Below, one piece after another: positions 47,892 through 59,002 of a DNA stretch of 64,000 nucleotides. The number at the start of each line of letters is the position of its first letter. The stretch's first letter is position 1. Source of the DNA: Candidatus Jorgensenbacteria bacterium (lineage in GTDB: Bacteria > Patescibacteriota > Minisyncoccia > UBA6257 > GWB1-50-10). The stretch is from the NCBI GenBank assembly GCA_030648515.1, contig JAUSHK010000001.1, forward strand, positions 9,688 to 73,687. Direction: 5' to 3'. Both the position numbers and the translations under genes were made by a program. Below the pieces are notes generated by a model. It was not told where the DNA came from, did no database searches, and worked only from the letters and a program-made list of their open reading frames with translations.

Positions 47892-50800
47892 ATGCCAAAT
47901 GAAATGCCTCTCCCTACGGGAGATGTCCAGAAGGGACATAAATTCATCCACCTCCATGTCCACTCTCACTATTCCCTACTTGATGGGCTGGCAAAAATTG
48001 ATGACATTATAAAGCGCGCAAAAGAACTTGAGATGGACGCGGTTGCCTTAACTGACCACGGCAACTTATATGGCGCGATTGAATTTTATAAAAAAGCGAG
48101 AAAAGCAAAAATAAAACCGATAATCGGAGTTGAGGCGTACATCGCGCCGAACGGCCGTCTCCAGAAACGCGCCGGGGTTGACGATGAGCGCTACCACCTG
48201 ACGCTTCTCGTAAAAAACCAGGCAGGGTGGAAAAACTTAATAAAATTAGTAACGATCGCAAACTTGGAGGGCTTTTACTACAAACCGCGAATAGACAAAG
48301 AACTTCTCGCGGAATACCACGATGGGCTCATCTGCCTCTCTGGATGCTTTGGAAGCGAATTTCAGCGGTTTCTTACCTCGCGGCGTTATGGCGACGCCGA
48401 AGCGCTCGCCTCGTGGTACAAATCAATCTTTGGCGATGATTTTTATATTGAACTCCAACAACATACAAAAAACACGCACGAGGCCGCCATGGCGATTTCA
48501 AAAAAATTAGACATTCCCGTTGTGGCAACACAGGACGTGCACTACGCGTCGCGCGATGACAAGATGGCGCATGAAATTCTTCTCGCCGTCCAAACCGGGG
48601 GAAAACTGGACGATGCCGACCGGCTTACGCTTAAAAATTATGACCTTTCTCTTCTTTCCGCTGACGAAATGATGGAAATTTTCAAAGACATTCCGGAAGC
48701 TGTGGAAAATTCCATAAAAATAGCTGAAAAATGCAATCTTGAGATAGAGCTCGGAAAAACAAAGATTCCAAAATTTATCCTGCCGGACGGAGAAATAAAT
48801 CCGTTTGAATATCTAAAAAAACTCGTCTACGAACGCCTGCCGACGCGGTACCCCGATGCATCAAGCACAGTTGACGACCGCGTAAAGCTGGAACTTTCTG
48901 TTGTTGAAAAAACAGGATTTGCCGATTACTTCCTGATTGTGCAGGACTTTGTGAACTGGGCGAAAATGCATGGCATCGTGGTAGGCCCCGGCCGCGGCTC
49001 TGCCGCCGGCAGTATTATTTCCTATATTCTACGCATTACGAATATTGACCCACTAAAATACGATTTGCTTTTTGAAAGATTTTTAAATCCCGACCGCATC
49101 CAGGTTCCTGATATTGACTTGGACTTTACGGACATTCGGCGCGACGAGGTTGTTTCATACGTGCGCGACAGGTACGGCGCGGACCGCGTCGCGCAAATAA
49201 TTACATTCGGAACTATGGCGGCAAAAGCGGCAATCCGCGACGCCGGCCGCGCCCTCGGAATGTCCTACGCATTCTGCGACACAATCGCGAAACTTATTCC
49301 CTTTAACCCGACGCAAGGCATGAAAGAGGGCTGGCTTGACCAATGTCTTAACGAAGTAAAAGAACTCAAAGATATTTATGACAAAGATCCGGAAGCAAAA
49401 AGATTGATAAATTCAGCGAAAAAACTTGAAGGCGTTGCGCGGCACGCGTCAGTCCACGCGTGCGGCGTTGTGATATCGCCTGAACCGCTTACGAATTTCC
49501 TCCCGCTTCAAAAAGCTCCGCAGGGCGAGGACGCCGTCATCACGCAGTTTGAAATGCACAGCGTTGAAGACCTGGGGCTTTTGAAAATGGACTTTCTGGG
49601 ACTCAAAAACCTGACGATTATTGAAAAAACATTGCGGCTTGTGCGCGACCTCCGCGGGGAAGAAATAAATCTTGAAACGATTCCGCTTGATGATAAGGCC
49701 GTTTTTAAACTCGTCTCGGACGGCAACACGACCGGCGTCTTTCAGTTGGAATCTTCTGGCATGCGCCGCTATCTCAAGGATTTGAAGCCAAGCGAGCTTG
49801 AGGACATGATTGCTATGATTTCTCTCTACCGCCCGGGACCTATGGACCTTATCCCGAGCTACATCGCGCGGAAGTTCAAGCGCGAGCCGGTTACCTATCT
49901 CCATCCGAAACTTGAACCGATTTTAAAGAATACCTATGGCGTCGGCATTTATCAGGAACAGATGATGCGCATCGCGCGCGACCTTGCCGGCTTCACGCTC
50001 GCTGAAGCGGACACGCTCCGTAAAGCCATCGGAAAGAAAATTAAAGAACTGCTTGCGGAACAGCAGGTAAAGCTCATCGACGGCATGATAAAGAACAGCA
50101 TTGACCCGCGCACCGCAAAAGCGATTTGGGAACTTTTCCCGCCGTTTGCCCGCTACGGCTTCAATCGCTCGCACGCCGCATGCTACGCGATGATAAGCTA
50201 CGAAACCGCGTATCTCAAAGCGCATTATACTGTTGAATTTATGACGAGCTTGCTGAACGTTTCCGGCACGGAAATAGAAAGAATTAATTTCTTAATTCAT
50301 GAAACAAAGCATATGGGCATTCAGGTGCTTCCGCCTGACGTGAATCAAAGCTCGCAGGATTTCACGCCTGATGGGAAAAATATCAGGTTTGGATTACTCG
50401 CCATTAAAAATCTTGGCGCGAATATCGTGAACATCATTATCGAAGAGCGCGGAAAAGGCGGGCCGTTCTCCGACTTATCAAGTTTCTTAAATCGGGTTCA
50501 GCACCGCGACCTTAATAAAAAATCGCTTGAGGCGCTCATTAAATCAGGCGCGTTTGATTCGCTTGGCGCCGAGCGCGGACAGATGCTCGCAAATATTGAT
50601 GAACTTATTCACTTCAATCAAAACGCCCGCAGGCTTTCTTCGTCAAACCAATCAAGTTTATTCGGCGGCATGGCGACATTCGCAAGCGTGCGATTGAAAC
50701 CATCGGCGCCGGTCGCTAAAAGCACAATGCTCGTGTGGGAAAAAGAACTTTTGGGCATTTACGTGTCCGAGCATCCAATGGACGCATTTAAAGCGAGCAT

Positions 50801-51107
50801 GAAGGGGAAAACGCGCACAATAAAAGATGTGTTGGCATTTCCTAAAAATGGCGAGGAAAGAAGTCCAAAAGTAAAAATCGCGGGCGTCATATCGGGAGTC
50901 CAGAAAATTCTCACGAAGAAAGGCCAGCCGATGTTGTTTGTGACGCTTGAAGACAGGGACTCATCAATTGAGATGCTCGTCTTTTCTGAATTACTGACGC
51001 AAAAAACAGAGATGTTTTATGAGCACAACACCGTCGCCGCCCGAGGATATATGTCATTCAAAAACGGCGAGCCGAAGTTCATCTGCGACGATATTGAGAG
51101 GCTATGA
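47892..51107 (+). CDS. dnaE: DNA polymerase III alpha subunit (compact form, 1071 aa; TGA stop)
   Basis: N-terminal PHP (HLHVHSHYSLLDG), polymerase core and a C-terminal OB fold. Ends ...DDIERL-TGA. Confidence 0.9.
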   Translation: MPNEMPLPTGDVQKGHKFIHLHVHSHYSLLDGLAKIDDIIKRAKELEMDAVALTDHGNLYGAIEFYKKARKAKIKPIIGVEAYIAPNGRLQKRAGVDDERYHLTLLVKNQAGWKNLIKLVTIANLEGFYYKPRIDKELLAEYHDGLICLSGCFGSEFQRFLTSRRYGDAEALASWYKSIFGDDFYIELQQHTKNTHEAAMAISKKLDIPVVATQDVHYASRDDKMAHEILLAVQTGGKLDDADRLTLKNYDLSLLSADEMMEIFKDIPEAVENSIKIAEKCNLEIELGKTKIPKFILPDGEINPFEYLKKLVYERLPTRYPDASSTVDDRVKLELSVVEKTGFADYFLIVQDFVNWAKMHGIVVGPGRGSAAGSIISYILRITNIDPLKYDLLFERFLNPDRIQVPDIDLDFTDIRRDEVVSYVRDRYGADRVAQIITFGTMAAKAAIRDAGRALGMSYAFCDTIAKLIPFNPTQGMKEGWLDQCLNEVKELKDIYDKDPEAKRLINSAKKLEGVARHASVHACGVVISPEPLTNFLPLQKAPQGEDAVITQFEMHSVEDLGLLKMDFLGLKNLTIIEKTLRLVRDLRGEEINLETIPLDDKAVFKLVSDGNTTGVFQLESSGMRRYLKDLKPSELEDMIAMISLYRPGPMDLIPSYIARKFKREPVTYLHPKLEPILKNTYGVGIYQEQMMRIARDLAGFTLAEADTLRKAIGKKIKELLAEQQVKLIDGMIKNSIDPRTAKAIWELFPPFARYGFNRSHAACYAMISYETAYLKAHYTVEFMTSLLNVSGTEIERINFLIHETKHMGIQVLPPDVNQSSQDFTPDGKNIRFGLLAIKNLGANIVNIIIEERGKGGPFSDLSSFLNRVQHRDLNKKSLEALIKSGAFDSLGAERGQMLANIDELIHFNQNARRLSSSNQSSLFGGMATFASVRLKPSAPVAKSTMLVWEKELLGIYVSEHPMDAFKASMKGKTRTIKDVLAFPKNGEERSPKVKIAGVISGVQKILTKKGQPMLFVTLEDRDSSIEMLVFSELLTQKTEMFYEHNTVAARGYMSFKNGEPKFICDDIERL

Positions 51108-51143
51108 TTGCGCAGTCTGTAAGCTTTATCTATAATCAAGCCA

Positions 51144-52880
51144 ATGCAAAATACTGACAATTTCCGCCATTCGCTCTCGCATCTTCTCGCCGCCGCGGTC
51201 TTAAAAAAGTTCCCGAAAGCGAAATTCGGCATCGGGCCGGTTATTGAAAACGGCTTCTACTATGACTTTGAGCTCCCCCGCCCGTTAACGCAGGAAGATT
51301 TAAACGAACTTGAGAAAGCAGTGCGCGAACTTATAAAGCTCAACCTGTTGTTCTCGCGGGAGGAAATCTCCATCGCCGAAGCAAAAAAACTGTTTAAAGA
51401 TCAGCCATTTAAATTGGAACTTATCGAAGAACTGTCAAAAACAGAAAAAACTGTTTCCATCTACAAAACTGCCGACGTATTCACTGACCTCTGCAAGGGC
51501 GGGCATGTCGAAAATACAAGCGAGATAAACCCCGACGGATTCAAGCTGGATAAGACCGCGGGCGCATATTGGCGCGGAGATGAAAAAAATCCAATGCTTA
51601 CGCGCATCTATGGGCTGGCATTTGCTACAAAGAAAGAACTAGACGAATATGTGGCGCGCGAAGAAGAAGCAAAGAAACGCGACCACAAGAAGCTTGGGCC
51701 AGAATTAGATCTTTTCACATTTTCAGAACTTGTAGGAAGCGGTCTGCCGCTCTGGACACCGAAGGGAACGGTGCTCCGGAATATTCTAGATAACTTCGTC
51801 TGGGAACTCCGCAAAAAGGCGGGATACGTTCAGGTTGATATTCCCCATCTCACGAAAAAAGACTTATATGAAAAAAGCGGCCACTGGGAAAAATTCAAAG
51901 ATGAGCTGTTTAAAATAACGACTCGCGAAGGCCACATCTTTGCGTTAAAACCGATGAACTGCCCGCACCACACGCAAATTTATGCGAGAAAACCCCACAG
52001 CTATCGCGAACTTCCTCAACGCTACGCGACAACGACAAAAGTGTACCGCGACGAGCAAACCGGCGAACTCTCGGGCCTCTCCCGCGTCCGCGCCATCACG
52101 CAGGACGATGCGCACGTTTTCTGCAGAAAATCGCAGATTCGCGAAGAGATGGAAAAGATATGGGATATTATTGAGATATTTTATAAAGCGGTCGGATTTA
52201 CACTTTCAATCCGTTTGTCTCTACGAGATCCTAAACAACCAAAAAAATATCTCGGTTCCGCGAAAACGTGGGATGAATCCGAAAACGAATTGCGCGCGCT
52301 TGTTGCAAAGCGAAAAGTAAAAGCCGAGGAAGCAATCGGCGAAGCAGCATTCTACGGCCCGAAGATTGATTTTATAGGAAAGGATTCGCTGGGCCGCGAG
52401 TGGCAAGTTGCCACAATTCAGCTTGATATGAATATGCCGGAAAATTTTGATCTCACGTGCACAAACGAGGAAGGAAAACCGGAGCGCGTCGTAATGATTC
52501 ACGCCGCCATAATGGGCTCAATTGAGCGCTACCTCGCGATTATCATTGAACACTTCGCCGGAGCATTCCCATTGTGGCTCGCGCCAGTACAAGTTGCGGT
52601 ACTGCCGGTTAGCGACAAACACGTGCCGTACGCAAAAACAGTTATGAAAACTCTTGAAGAGCACGGCATCCGCACAGAATTGCCGGAAGCAAATGAGACG
52701 CTCGGCAAACGCATCAGAGCGGCTGAACTTATGAAGGTGCCGCTTATTGTAGTTGTCGGCGACAAAGAAGCCGGTGATAAATCGGTAAACGTCCGCGAAC
52801 GCGGCATTAAAGAAACGCAGACTATTCCGCTTACTAAGTTTGTAGAAGAAACCGCAAAGCGCGCCGCGGAAAGGAAATAG
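51144..52880 (+). CDS. thrS: Threonyl-tRNA synthetase (no N-terminal TGS domain)
   Basis: HxxxH editing motif (RHSLSHLLAAAV), RDHKKLG, class II core (KPMNCPHH) and an anticodon-binding domain. Confidence 0.85.
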   Translation: MQNTDNFRHSLSHLLAAAVLKKFPKAKFGIGPVIENGFYYDFELPRPLTQEDLNELEKAVRELIKLNLLFSREEISIAEAKKLFKDQPFKLELIEELSKTEKTVSIYKTADVFTDLCKGGHVENTSEINPDGFKLDKTAGAYWRGDEKNPMLTRIYGLAFATKKELDEYVAREEEAKKRDHKKLGPELDLFTFSELVGSGLPLWTPKGTVLRNILDNFVWELRKKAGYVQVDIPHLTKKDLYEKSGHWEKFKDELFKITTREGHIFALKPMNCPHHTQIYARKPHSYRELPQRYATTTKVYRDEQTGELSGLSRVRAITQDDAHVFCRKSQIREEMEKIWDIIEIFYKAVGFTLSIRLSLRDPKQPKKYLGSAKTWDESENELRALVAKRKVKAEEAIGEAAFYGPKIDFIGKDSLGREWQVATIQLDMNMPENFDLTCTNEEGKPERVVMIHAAIMGSIERYLAIIIEHFAGAFPLWLAPVQVAVLPVSDKHVPYAKTVMKTLEEHGIRTELPEANETLGKRIRAAELMKVPLIVVVGDKEAGDKSVNVRERGIKETQTIPLTKFVEETAKRAAERK

Positions 52881-53020
52881 AAAATAAATCCCCGCGCCAT
52901 ATACTCAACTTTTAAGAATCCTCGTAGAGGATTGGGTATTAGTGTGGGAATAAAAAAGCCCCAGTGTCTAGTATATATAATACGGACACCGAGGCTTAAA
53001 ATAGTTGGCCGAGCGGAGAA

Positions 53021-53470
53021 CTACATAGCAGTTATCTGCTGGTTGCAAAAAGTTGATATAATTACCTTTCCACTCCTTCTGCTTATGATAACCTTGGTTT
53101 CTCGCCTATTTTTTGATACTACCATAGCAAGATGTTTCCGACGTCCGTCTTTTTTCAAAACAACAATGTTCGGTTTCCAGGATTTCGGCATTTTGCATGA
53201 GGTTATTTTGCCACCTAAAACTTCCAAAGGAACAGATTTCTGATCAGTATCTTCTCGAGGAATTTCCTCAGCAGAAAGATTGGTTTTGAAATAGGGATTA
53301 TTAACCACCGGGTCAGTTAAAATTTCCGGTAATGGAATTTCCAAATCGATACCATCTACAATCCAATCATTTCCTTGTTTAGGGAGGGTTTTCCAATTCT
53401 TTATGAAATACACAATCCCAATTACCAAACCAACACTAAGAACAAACGTAATAATTAGCCAGCCTTCCAT
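53021..53470 (-). CDS. Membrane-anchored hypothetical protein
   Basis: N-terminal TM. Confidence 0.4.
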   Translation of the reverse strand: MEGWLIITFVLSVGLVIGIVYFIKNWKTLPKQGNDWIVDGIDLEIPLPEILTDPVVNNPYFKTNLSAEEIPREDTDQKSVPLEVLGGKITSCKMPKSWKPNIVVLKKDGRRKHLAMVVSKNRRETKVIISRRSGKVIISTFCNQQITAM

Positions 53471-53549
53471 AATAAACCTCCTTTGTTATTTTGTACTCTA
53501 AGATTAAATTGTTTATAATTCTGTTTACAGAATATCATAAACGAACAAA

Positions 53550-54647
53550 ATGTCAATCCCAACAAAAACCCGTAAACTAATTGTCGTCCTGGGCCCCACA
53601 GCGAGCGGGAAAAGCGACTTGGCGGTTGAAATCGCAAAACACCTGCCTCCTGCATGCGCAGGCATGGCGCAGGCAGGCCTTAACGGCGAGATTATTTCCG
53701 CCGACTCTCGCCAAGTTTACCGCGGAATGGACATTGGAACTGGCAAGGTCCTACGAGATCATCGCACTCATACTAGATACGAGATACTTGATACTAAATA
53801 CTTGTACCGCGGCATTCCCCATCATCTTCTAGACGTCGCGAGTCCAAAACGAACATTCACTGTCGCGCAATACCAAAAACTTGCACGAAAAGCGCTTGAG
53901 GATATTTGGAAGCGTGGTAAGCTCCCGATTATCTGCGGAGGAACGGGGTTTTATATTCAATCAGTCGTTGACGGGCTCGTTCTGCCGGAAGTAGGACCAA
54001 ATCCCCTGCTTCGTAAAAAACTCGCGAAGAAAACAACGGATGAACTTTTTAGAATGCTTAAGAAAAAAGACCCGGCACGCGCAAGAACCGTTGATTCAAA
54101 AAATCGCGTCCGGCTAATCCGTGCCATTGAAATAGCGGAGACACTCGGAAAAGTTCCGAAGCTCAAAACCACACCCGTAGAAGCCGACATGCTCATAGTA
54201 GGAATAAATCCGGATAAAAATCTTCGTCCGGCAAATGATGTAAAAATGGATACCATTTTCCCAAAAAGTTCCAATCCTGAAGGTGGTATGACATGTCATA
54301 CCACCTCCGCATCAATAATTTATAAAACAGAAAATGCGCCCAAACTCCGGAAACGTATCTTGAAGCGGCTCCTGAAACGCATTGATGAAGGAATGATTGA
54401 GGAAATTGTACGCCTTCATAAAAACGGCGTCTCATGGAAAAAGCTTGAATCATTCGGGCTTGAATACCGCTACGGCGCGCTCCTGCTCCAAAATAAAATA
54501 TCGCGCGGTGAATTCATAAAACAGCTTACACACGCCATCAACCAGTACGCCAAGCGCCAAATGACATGGTTTAAACGCGATAAGCGGATACATTGGATTA
54601 AAAACGAGAAAGAAGCGCTCCGACTTACAAAACAATTTGTAAAATAG
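53550..54647 (+). CDS. miaA: tRNA dimethylallyltransferase MiaA, with a palindrome-encoded in-frame insertion
   Basis: P-loop GPTASGKS, then ISADSRQVYRGMDIGTGK. The 11-aa insert PPACAGMAQAG lies between the P-loop helix and ISADS. Confidence 0.85.
   Translation: MSIPTKTRKLIVVLGPTASGKSDLAVEIAKHLPPACAGMAQAGLNGEIISADSRQVYRGMDIGTGKVLRDHRTHTRYEILDTKYLYRGIPHHLLDVASPKRTFTVAQYQKLARKALEDIWKRGKLPIICGGTGFYIQSVVDGLVLPEVGPNPLLRKKLAKKTTDELFRMLKKKDPARARTVDSKNRVRLIRAIEIAETLGKVPKLKTTPVEADMLIVGINPDKNLRPANDVKMDTIFPKSSNPEGGMTCHTTSASIIYKTENAPKLRKRILKRLLKRIDEGMIEEIVRLHKNGVSWKKLESFGLEYRYGALLLQNKISRGEFIKQLTHAINQYAKRQMTWFKRDKRIHWIKNEKEALRLTKQFVK
53643..53678. repeat. Extended variant of the GC-rich palindrome inside the miaA coding sequence
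   Basis: CCTGCC-TCCTGCATGCGCAGGCATGG-CGCAGGCAGG, about 36 nt in frame. GC content is far above the local background. Confidence 0.65.
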
Positions 54648-54649
54648 AA

Positions 54650-54684
54650 AACTCCTGCAGAAAATTTTTCTGCAGGAGTTTTTA
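54650..54684. terminator. Bidirectional perfect hairpin terminator
   Basis: AACTCCTGCAGAAAATTTTTCTGCAGGAGTT. Confidence 0.6.
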
Positions 54685-54690
54685 AATAGC

Positions 54691-56442
54691 TCAGAATGCG
54701 AAACTGAATTCCGCTGTCGCGTTTTTCCAGTTAAAATAATTTAATTTCAGAAACAAACCCCGAGAAGCGGCAAATCTCAGCCCGGCAATATTCCGGAACT
54801 TTCCCTGGATTTTTTCCCTGGCGCCAAAAATATAGAGCCCGGAAACTGGGCTTATGCCTCCCTCAAAGTACCACGATGTAGGATTGTCCACGGCATTGAA
54901 TTCGTGTACAAGCACTGGGTGCGCTTCAAATAGCGAGTAGGTATAGTCAGTAATAAGGCCGATTTTCCGAACACCTTTCTGTACAAAACCAACTACATTC
55001 CCCTTGAGTGCAGAAGTGCCGTACTGAATTCTTCCGATGTATCCTTTTCCGATGTACGCAAGAGAAGACAAAAATAGGCCACTCCGCACTTCGCCTTCTA
55101 TCCCGCTACCATAAAGCGGAATAAGTGCTGCGAGCGGCGTTCCGCCTATTGCAGCATGGCTGTGCGGCGACTGGTTTTTATTTGCAAACAGCCAGTTCGT
55201 TGGCATAGATCCCGCACGCATCGTCACCCCGAAAAAATCCCAGGATATTTGAGCGCAACGGAGAAACTGTTTTTTCCAATCATGCTCAATTTTCCAACGA
55301 ACACTGTCCACTAAGCCGGCCACTGAGACAATTGCATTAGTAAGAACATATTCTCCGCGCTCTTCCGAAAAATTTCCACGAATTTCACCATGAATGCCCA
55401 CATTGCTTAACTGCAACGCCGGCGGCGGATCGCTTTTTGGAAGAGAGACGACTGATCTTGAAGAATCAACAAGCACTGTGTCCCTTTTTGATTTTTTTTC
55501 ACTCGCTTTCGTAACCGAACAAAATGGCAATGATAGGAATGTAAGAAGTAGGGCGCATACAAATGCAAATGTCCCACGCTCAATTGTCCTATCAACTTTT
55601 GCAAGTGATTCCATCGCAACCAAACGCGCTTTCGCTATTTCACCCGTTGAAAGACGGTGGTACCAGCATCCAGGATAAAGCTTAAGACATACTTCCTGCA
55701 CTTTATCTTCAAAATAATCGCGCTCTCCGAATGTAAAGATTGAGAACGGACTTAAGAATCCAGCTACAACTGTTTTCCACCAACCGTACACTAATTGAGC
55801 CTTCAGGCTCCTTCTGTAGAGATACAGATTGCCGATGAGTATAAGTAGACCAAATGGGAAAAAATATAGGTACATTCGGCCTGCCCATTTTCCTAATCTT
55901 AAGAAACTTTCCGGCTTTATCTCTATTGGGACTCCGCCAAATGCAATATTATTAACTGCCCGATTTGCATCGATAAAAACCCCTGAGCGCATGAACTCAG
56001 AACGGGTGTCGATATTTTTTCCATACAGCCGCGTATGAAACGCCATTGCTTTTTGGAATTCCACATCATTGTGTTCAGCCCACGCAAAAAGCCTATCGCG
56101 AGTTTGATTAATCAAGTACTGGCATGTTCCGGCTTCATGGCTACAACCTACTTCCTCAAACTTCATCCTTAGTATGATTGCAAGCGATGTGGCGCTTACA
56201 AATTCATCAGGAGAAAAAACTTTCTTGCCATCAAACCACCTTGAAAGAGAATCAAGTTGTAGACGCAATACAGGAAGTTCTGAGGTTATCCTCGCATATT
56301 CCATTCCCACAACTTTGCTTCTTTCTAACACAAATCTGATAAATGGCGATAAAAGAAACAGCGATGCAAAAACTATGGACACCGCGGTTCTCCATCTCTT
56401 TAAGGAGATTTCCCTTCGTGAACATTCTTGATTATCCATCAC
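54691..56442 (-). CDS. Large membrane protein of unknown function (583 aa)
   Basis: Several TM segments and a beta-rich C-terminal region. No family recognised. Confidence 0.45.
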   Translation of the reverse strand: MMDNQECSRREISLKRWRTAVSIVFASLFLLSPFIRFVLERSKVVGMEYARITSELPVLRLQLDSLSRWFDGKKVFSPDEFVSATSLAIILRMKFEEVGCSHEAGTCQYLINQTRDRLFAWAEHNDVEFQKAMAFHTRLYGKNIDTRSEFMRSGVFIDANRAVNNIAFGGVPIEIKPESFLRLGKWAGRMYLYFFPFGLLILIGNLYLYRRSLKAQLVYGWWKTVVAGFLSPFSIFTFGERDYFEDKVQEVCLKLYPGCWYHRLSTGEIAKARLVAMESLAKVDRTIERGTFAFVCALLLTFLSLPFCSVTKASEKKSKRDTVLVDSSRSVVSLPKSDPPPALQLSNVGIHGEIRGNFSEERGEYVLTNAIVSVAGLVDSVRWKIEHDWKKQFLRCAQISWDFFGVTMRAGSMPTNWLFANKNQSPHSHAAIGGTPLAALIPLYGSGIEGEVRSGLFLSSLAYIGKGYIGRIQYGTSALKGNVVGFVQKGVRKIGLITDYTYSLFEAHPVLVHEFNAVDNPTSWYFEGGISPVSGLYIFGAREKIQGKFRNIAGLRFAASRGLFLKLNYFNWKNATAEFSFAF

Positions 56443-56520
56443 ATACCTCCATTTTTAGTTTTATTAAATTGTTTAGTTTCTGCCTAAATAATAGCAAGAA
56501 ATTACTACAATGTCAATGGA

Positions 56521-57954
56521 CTAAGAAAGCTCCTTTTTGAGTAATTCCTGCAGTTTTGCCGGGTCCGCCTGCCCTTTGGTTTTTGCCATTCCCTGGCCTA
56601 TCAAAAACTGGAGCGCGTTCCCCTTTCCTTTTTTATAATCCTCAACAACTTTCGGATTTTTCTCTATGATATCCAAAACTATTTCTTTAAGTTTTTTCTC
56701 GTCGCTGATTATCGCGACGCCGGAATCCTTCATGAGTTCCTCGGGGTCAATGCCTGTTTCAAACATTTTGGGAAGCATATCCTTTGCGAGCCGGCTTGAA
56801 AGTTTTCCCTGTGCAATAAACGCAACGAGCCGCGCGAGATGCGGCGGCAAAATTTTTACATCGGAAATGCTAATGCTTTTTTCTTTAATAATCCCCTGCA
56901 AGTCGCTCGTGAGATAGTTGTAGAGCGTTTGCGTATCTGCCTTTGGCTCATACTCTTTTAGTTCTGAAACCGCCTGTTCAAAATAATCCGCGAACGGTTT
57001 ATCCGTTATAAGCACTTCGGCGTCCTCGCGCGAAATACCGTAACTTGAAACAAGACGCGATCGCTTTTCTTCTGGAAGCTCGGGCACCGATTCCTTTAAC
57101 GCAGGTAAATCAAGTTCTGATAAATCCATCTCCGGCAAATCCGGCTCTGGGAAATATCGGTAATCGTGCGCGGACTCTTTGCTTCGCTGACTCTTTGTAA
57201 CACCGTTCTTATCGTCCCACCCGCGCGTTTCTTGGATAACTTTCCCGCCGCTCTCAAGCAACGCTTCCTGCCGCTCAAGCTCGTGTTTAATCGCATCATG
57301 AACCGCGCGGAATGAGTTCAAGTTTTTCACCTCAACTTTCGTCCCAAGTTCTCCGCTTTTCTTGCTGACTGATATGTTTGCCTCAACGCGCATTTGTCCC
57401 TTTTCCATATCGGCATCGGAAATTCTGAGATAGCGGAGGATGAGCTGAAGTTCTTTTGCAAATGCAGTCGCCTCCTCCGCATTCTTTATATCCGGCTCCG
57501 TCACAAGTTCCATAAGCGGCACACCCGCGCGGTTATAATCAACAAGCGTATCTCCGTTTACGTGTGCGAGCCTCGCAGTATCTTCCTCCAAGTGAACGCG
57601 CGTAATGCGGACATCTTTTAACATTCCCCCGGAAACAAGCGGAGCTTCATATTGCGAGATCTGATATCCTTTTGGCAAATCCGGATAAAAATAACTTTTA
57701 CGGTCAAAGTGGGACCGTTCGGCAATTTTCCCGTGGAGTGCGTAGCCAAGGCGAATTACGGACTCTATCGCCGCGCGGTTAGCGACGGGGAGTGCTCCTG
57801 GGTGCGCAAGGCAAATCGGGCAGACGTTTACATTCGGCCCCGTCTCTTCCGTCGCGTTCTTGCATTGGCAAAACATTTTCGTGTTTGTACGAAGCTCTAC
57901 GTGAATTTCAAGGCCTATTGTAGGAATATACATAGATTTAAAATACTCTACCAA
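56521..57954 (-). CDS. gatB: Asp/Glu-tRNA amidotransferase subunit B
   Basis: IGLEIHVEL...FCQC, typical GatB. Confidence 0.9.
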   Translation of the reverse strand: MVEYFKSMYIPTIGLEIHVELRTNTKMFCQCKNATEETGPNVNVCPICLAHPGALPVANRAAIESVIRLGYALHGKIAERSHFDRKSYFYPDLPKGYQISQYEAPLVSGGMLKDVRITRVHLEEDTARLAHVNGDTLVDYNRAGVPLMELVTEPDIKNAEEATAFAKELQLILRYLRISDADMEKGQMRVEANISVSKKSGELGTKVEVKNLNSFRAVHDAIKHELERQEALLESGGKVIQETRGWDDKNGVTKSQRSKESAHDYRYFPEPDLPEMDLSELDLPALKESVPELPEEKRSRLVSSYGISREDAEVLITDKPFADYFEQAVSELKEYEPKADTQTLYNYLTSDLQGIIKEKSISISDVKILPPHLARLVAFIAQGKLSSRLAKDMLPKMFETGIDPEELMKDSGVAIISDEKKLKEIVLDIIEKNPKVVEDYKKGKGNALQFLIGQGMAKTKGQADPAKLQELLKKELS

Positions 57955-58004
57955 AAAAACAGGCCCTTGATAAGAGGGCTTGTTTTGTTAAAAACTGTAT
58001 TGCA

Positions 58005-58430
58005 TTAGCCAACCACCTCAATTCCCAAGCTCTTTGCGCTTCCCTCAACAATTTTCATCGCTGCCTCAATATCTTCCGTATTCAGGTCTGGAAGCTTGCG
58101 CTCAGCGATTGCACGAACATCTGCACGCGTTACTTTCCCAACCTTGGTTTTTTGCGCCTCGAGAGAACCCTTCTCAATCCCAGCGGCCTTTTTAAGAAGC
58201 GCGGCAACAGGTGGAGTCTTTAGTTTGAACGCAAAGCTCCTGTCTTGGTATACGGTGATTTCAGCTGGAATAATGTCGCCGACCATCGTTTTCGTTGCTT
58301 CATTAAACTGCTGGCAGAACTGCTGGATGTTTACACCGTGCTGGCCAAGCGCTGGACCAATCGGCGGCGTCGGCGTAGCAGCTCCGGCGGGAATCTGCAG
58401 TTTAAGCATTGCTTTAATAGGTTTTGCCAT
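58005..58430 (-). CDS. rplK: 50S ribosomal protein L11
   Basis: [14 protein letters not shown]. Confidence 0.9.
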   Translation of the reverse strand: MAKPIKAMLKLQIPAGAATPTPPIGPALGQHGVNIQQFCQQFNEATKTMVGDIIPAEITVYQDRSFAFKLKTPPVAALLKKAAGIEKGSLEAQKTKVGKVTRADVRAIAERKLPDLNTEDIEAAMKIVEGSAKSLGIEVVG

Positions 58431-58432
58431 AG

Positions 58433-58996
58433 TTAAATTTTTTGTACTTGAAGCGAATCAAGCTCAAGGAGTGTATCGCGACCGAAGATAGGAATCAAGA
58501 CCTTCACTTTTCCGTGCTCCTCATCCACCTCCGCAACCTTCCCCTCCTGATCCTTGAATGGGCCGTCGGTAATTTTCACAAGATCATTCGCGCTGACATC
58601 AACTTTAAACTTTGCCTCGCCTCCGCCCGCCTTCGCTAAGATTTCTTTTACTTCGGCGTCAAGAAGCGGCGTCGGCGTCGTGGTATCCGACCCGACAAAT
58701 CCGGTTACGCGCGGCGTATTACGCACCACCGACCACGAATCGTGGTCCAAAATCATTTCAACCATCACATAGCCAGGGTAAAGCTTTTCTTCAACAGTGT
58801 ACCGCTTTCCGCCCTTCACTTTGATTTTTGTCTCCTTAGGAACAATGACGTTGAAAATCTTATCGGTCATCATGAGCGACTCAACGCGCTGTTTTAAATA
58901 GCGCGCAACCGCCTCCTCATAACCAGAGTACGTATGGACAGCGTACCACTTCCTATCCTTAGACCCTTCTATATTTGGCTTATATGACGTTGCCAT
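58433..58996 (-). CDS. nusG: Transcription termination/antitermination factor NusG
   Basis: NGN plus KOW domains ([11 protein letters not shown] ... FKDQEGKV). Confidence 0.85.
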   Translation of the reverse strand: MATSYKPNIEGSKDRKWYAVHTYSGYEEAVARYLKQRVESLMMTDKIFNVIVPKETKIKVKGGKRYTVEEKLYPGYVMVEMILDHDSWSVVRNTPRVTGFVGSDTTTPTPLLDAEVKEILAKAGGGEAKFKVDVSANDLVKITDGPFKDQEGKVAEVDEEHGKVKVLIPIFGRDTLLELDSLQVQKI

Positions 58997-59002
58997 AATA
59001 AT

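Noticed and set aside
52911-52937. Candidate terminator hairpin after thrS (AATCTCGTAGAGGATT)
   Set aside because: The stem is imperfect with a bulge and is short. It is not convincing enough to annotate.
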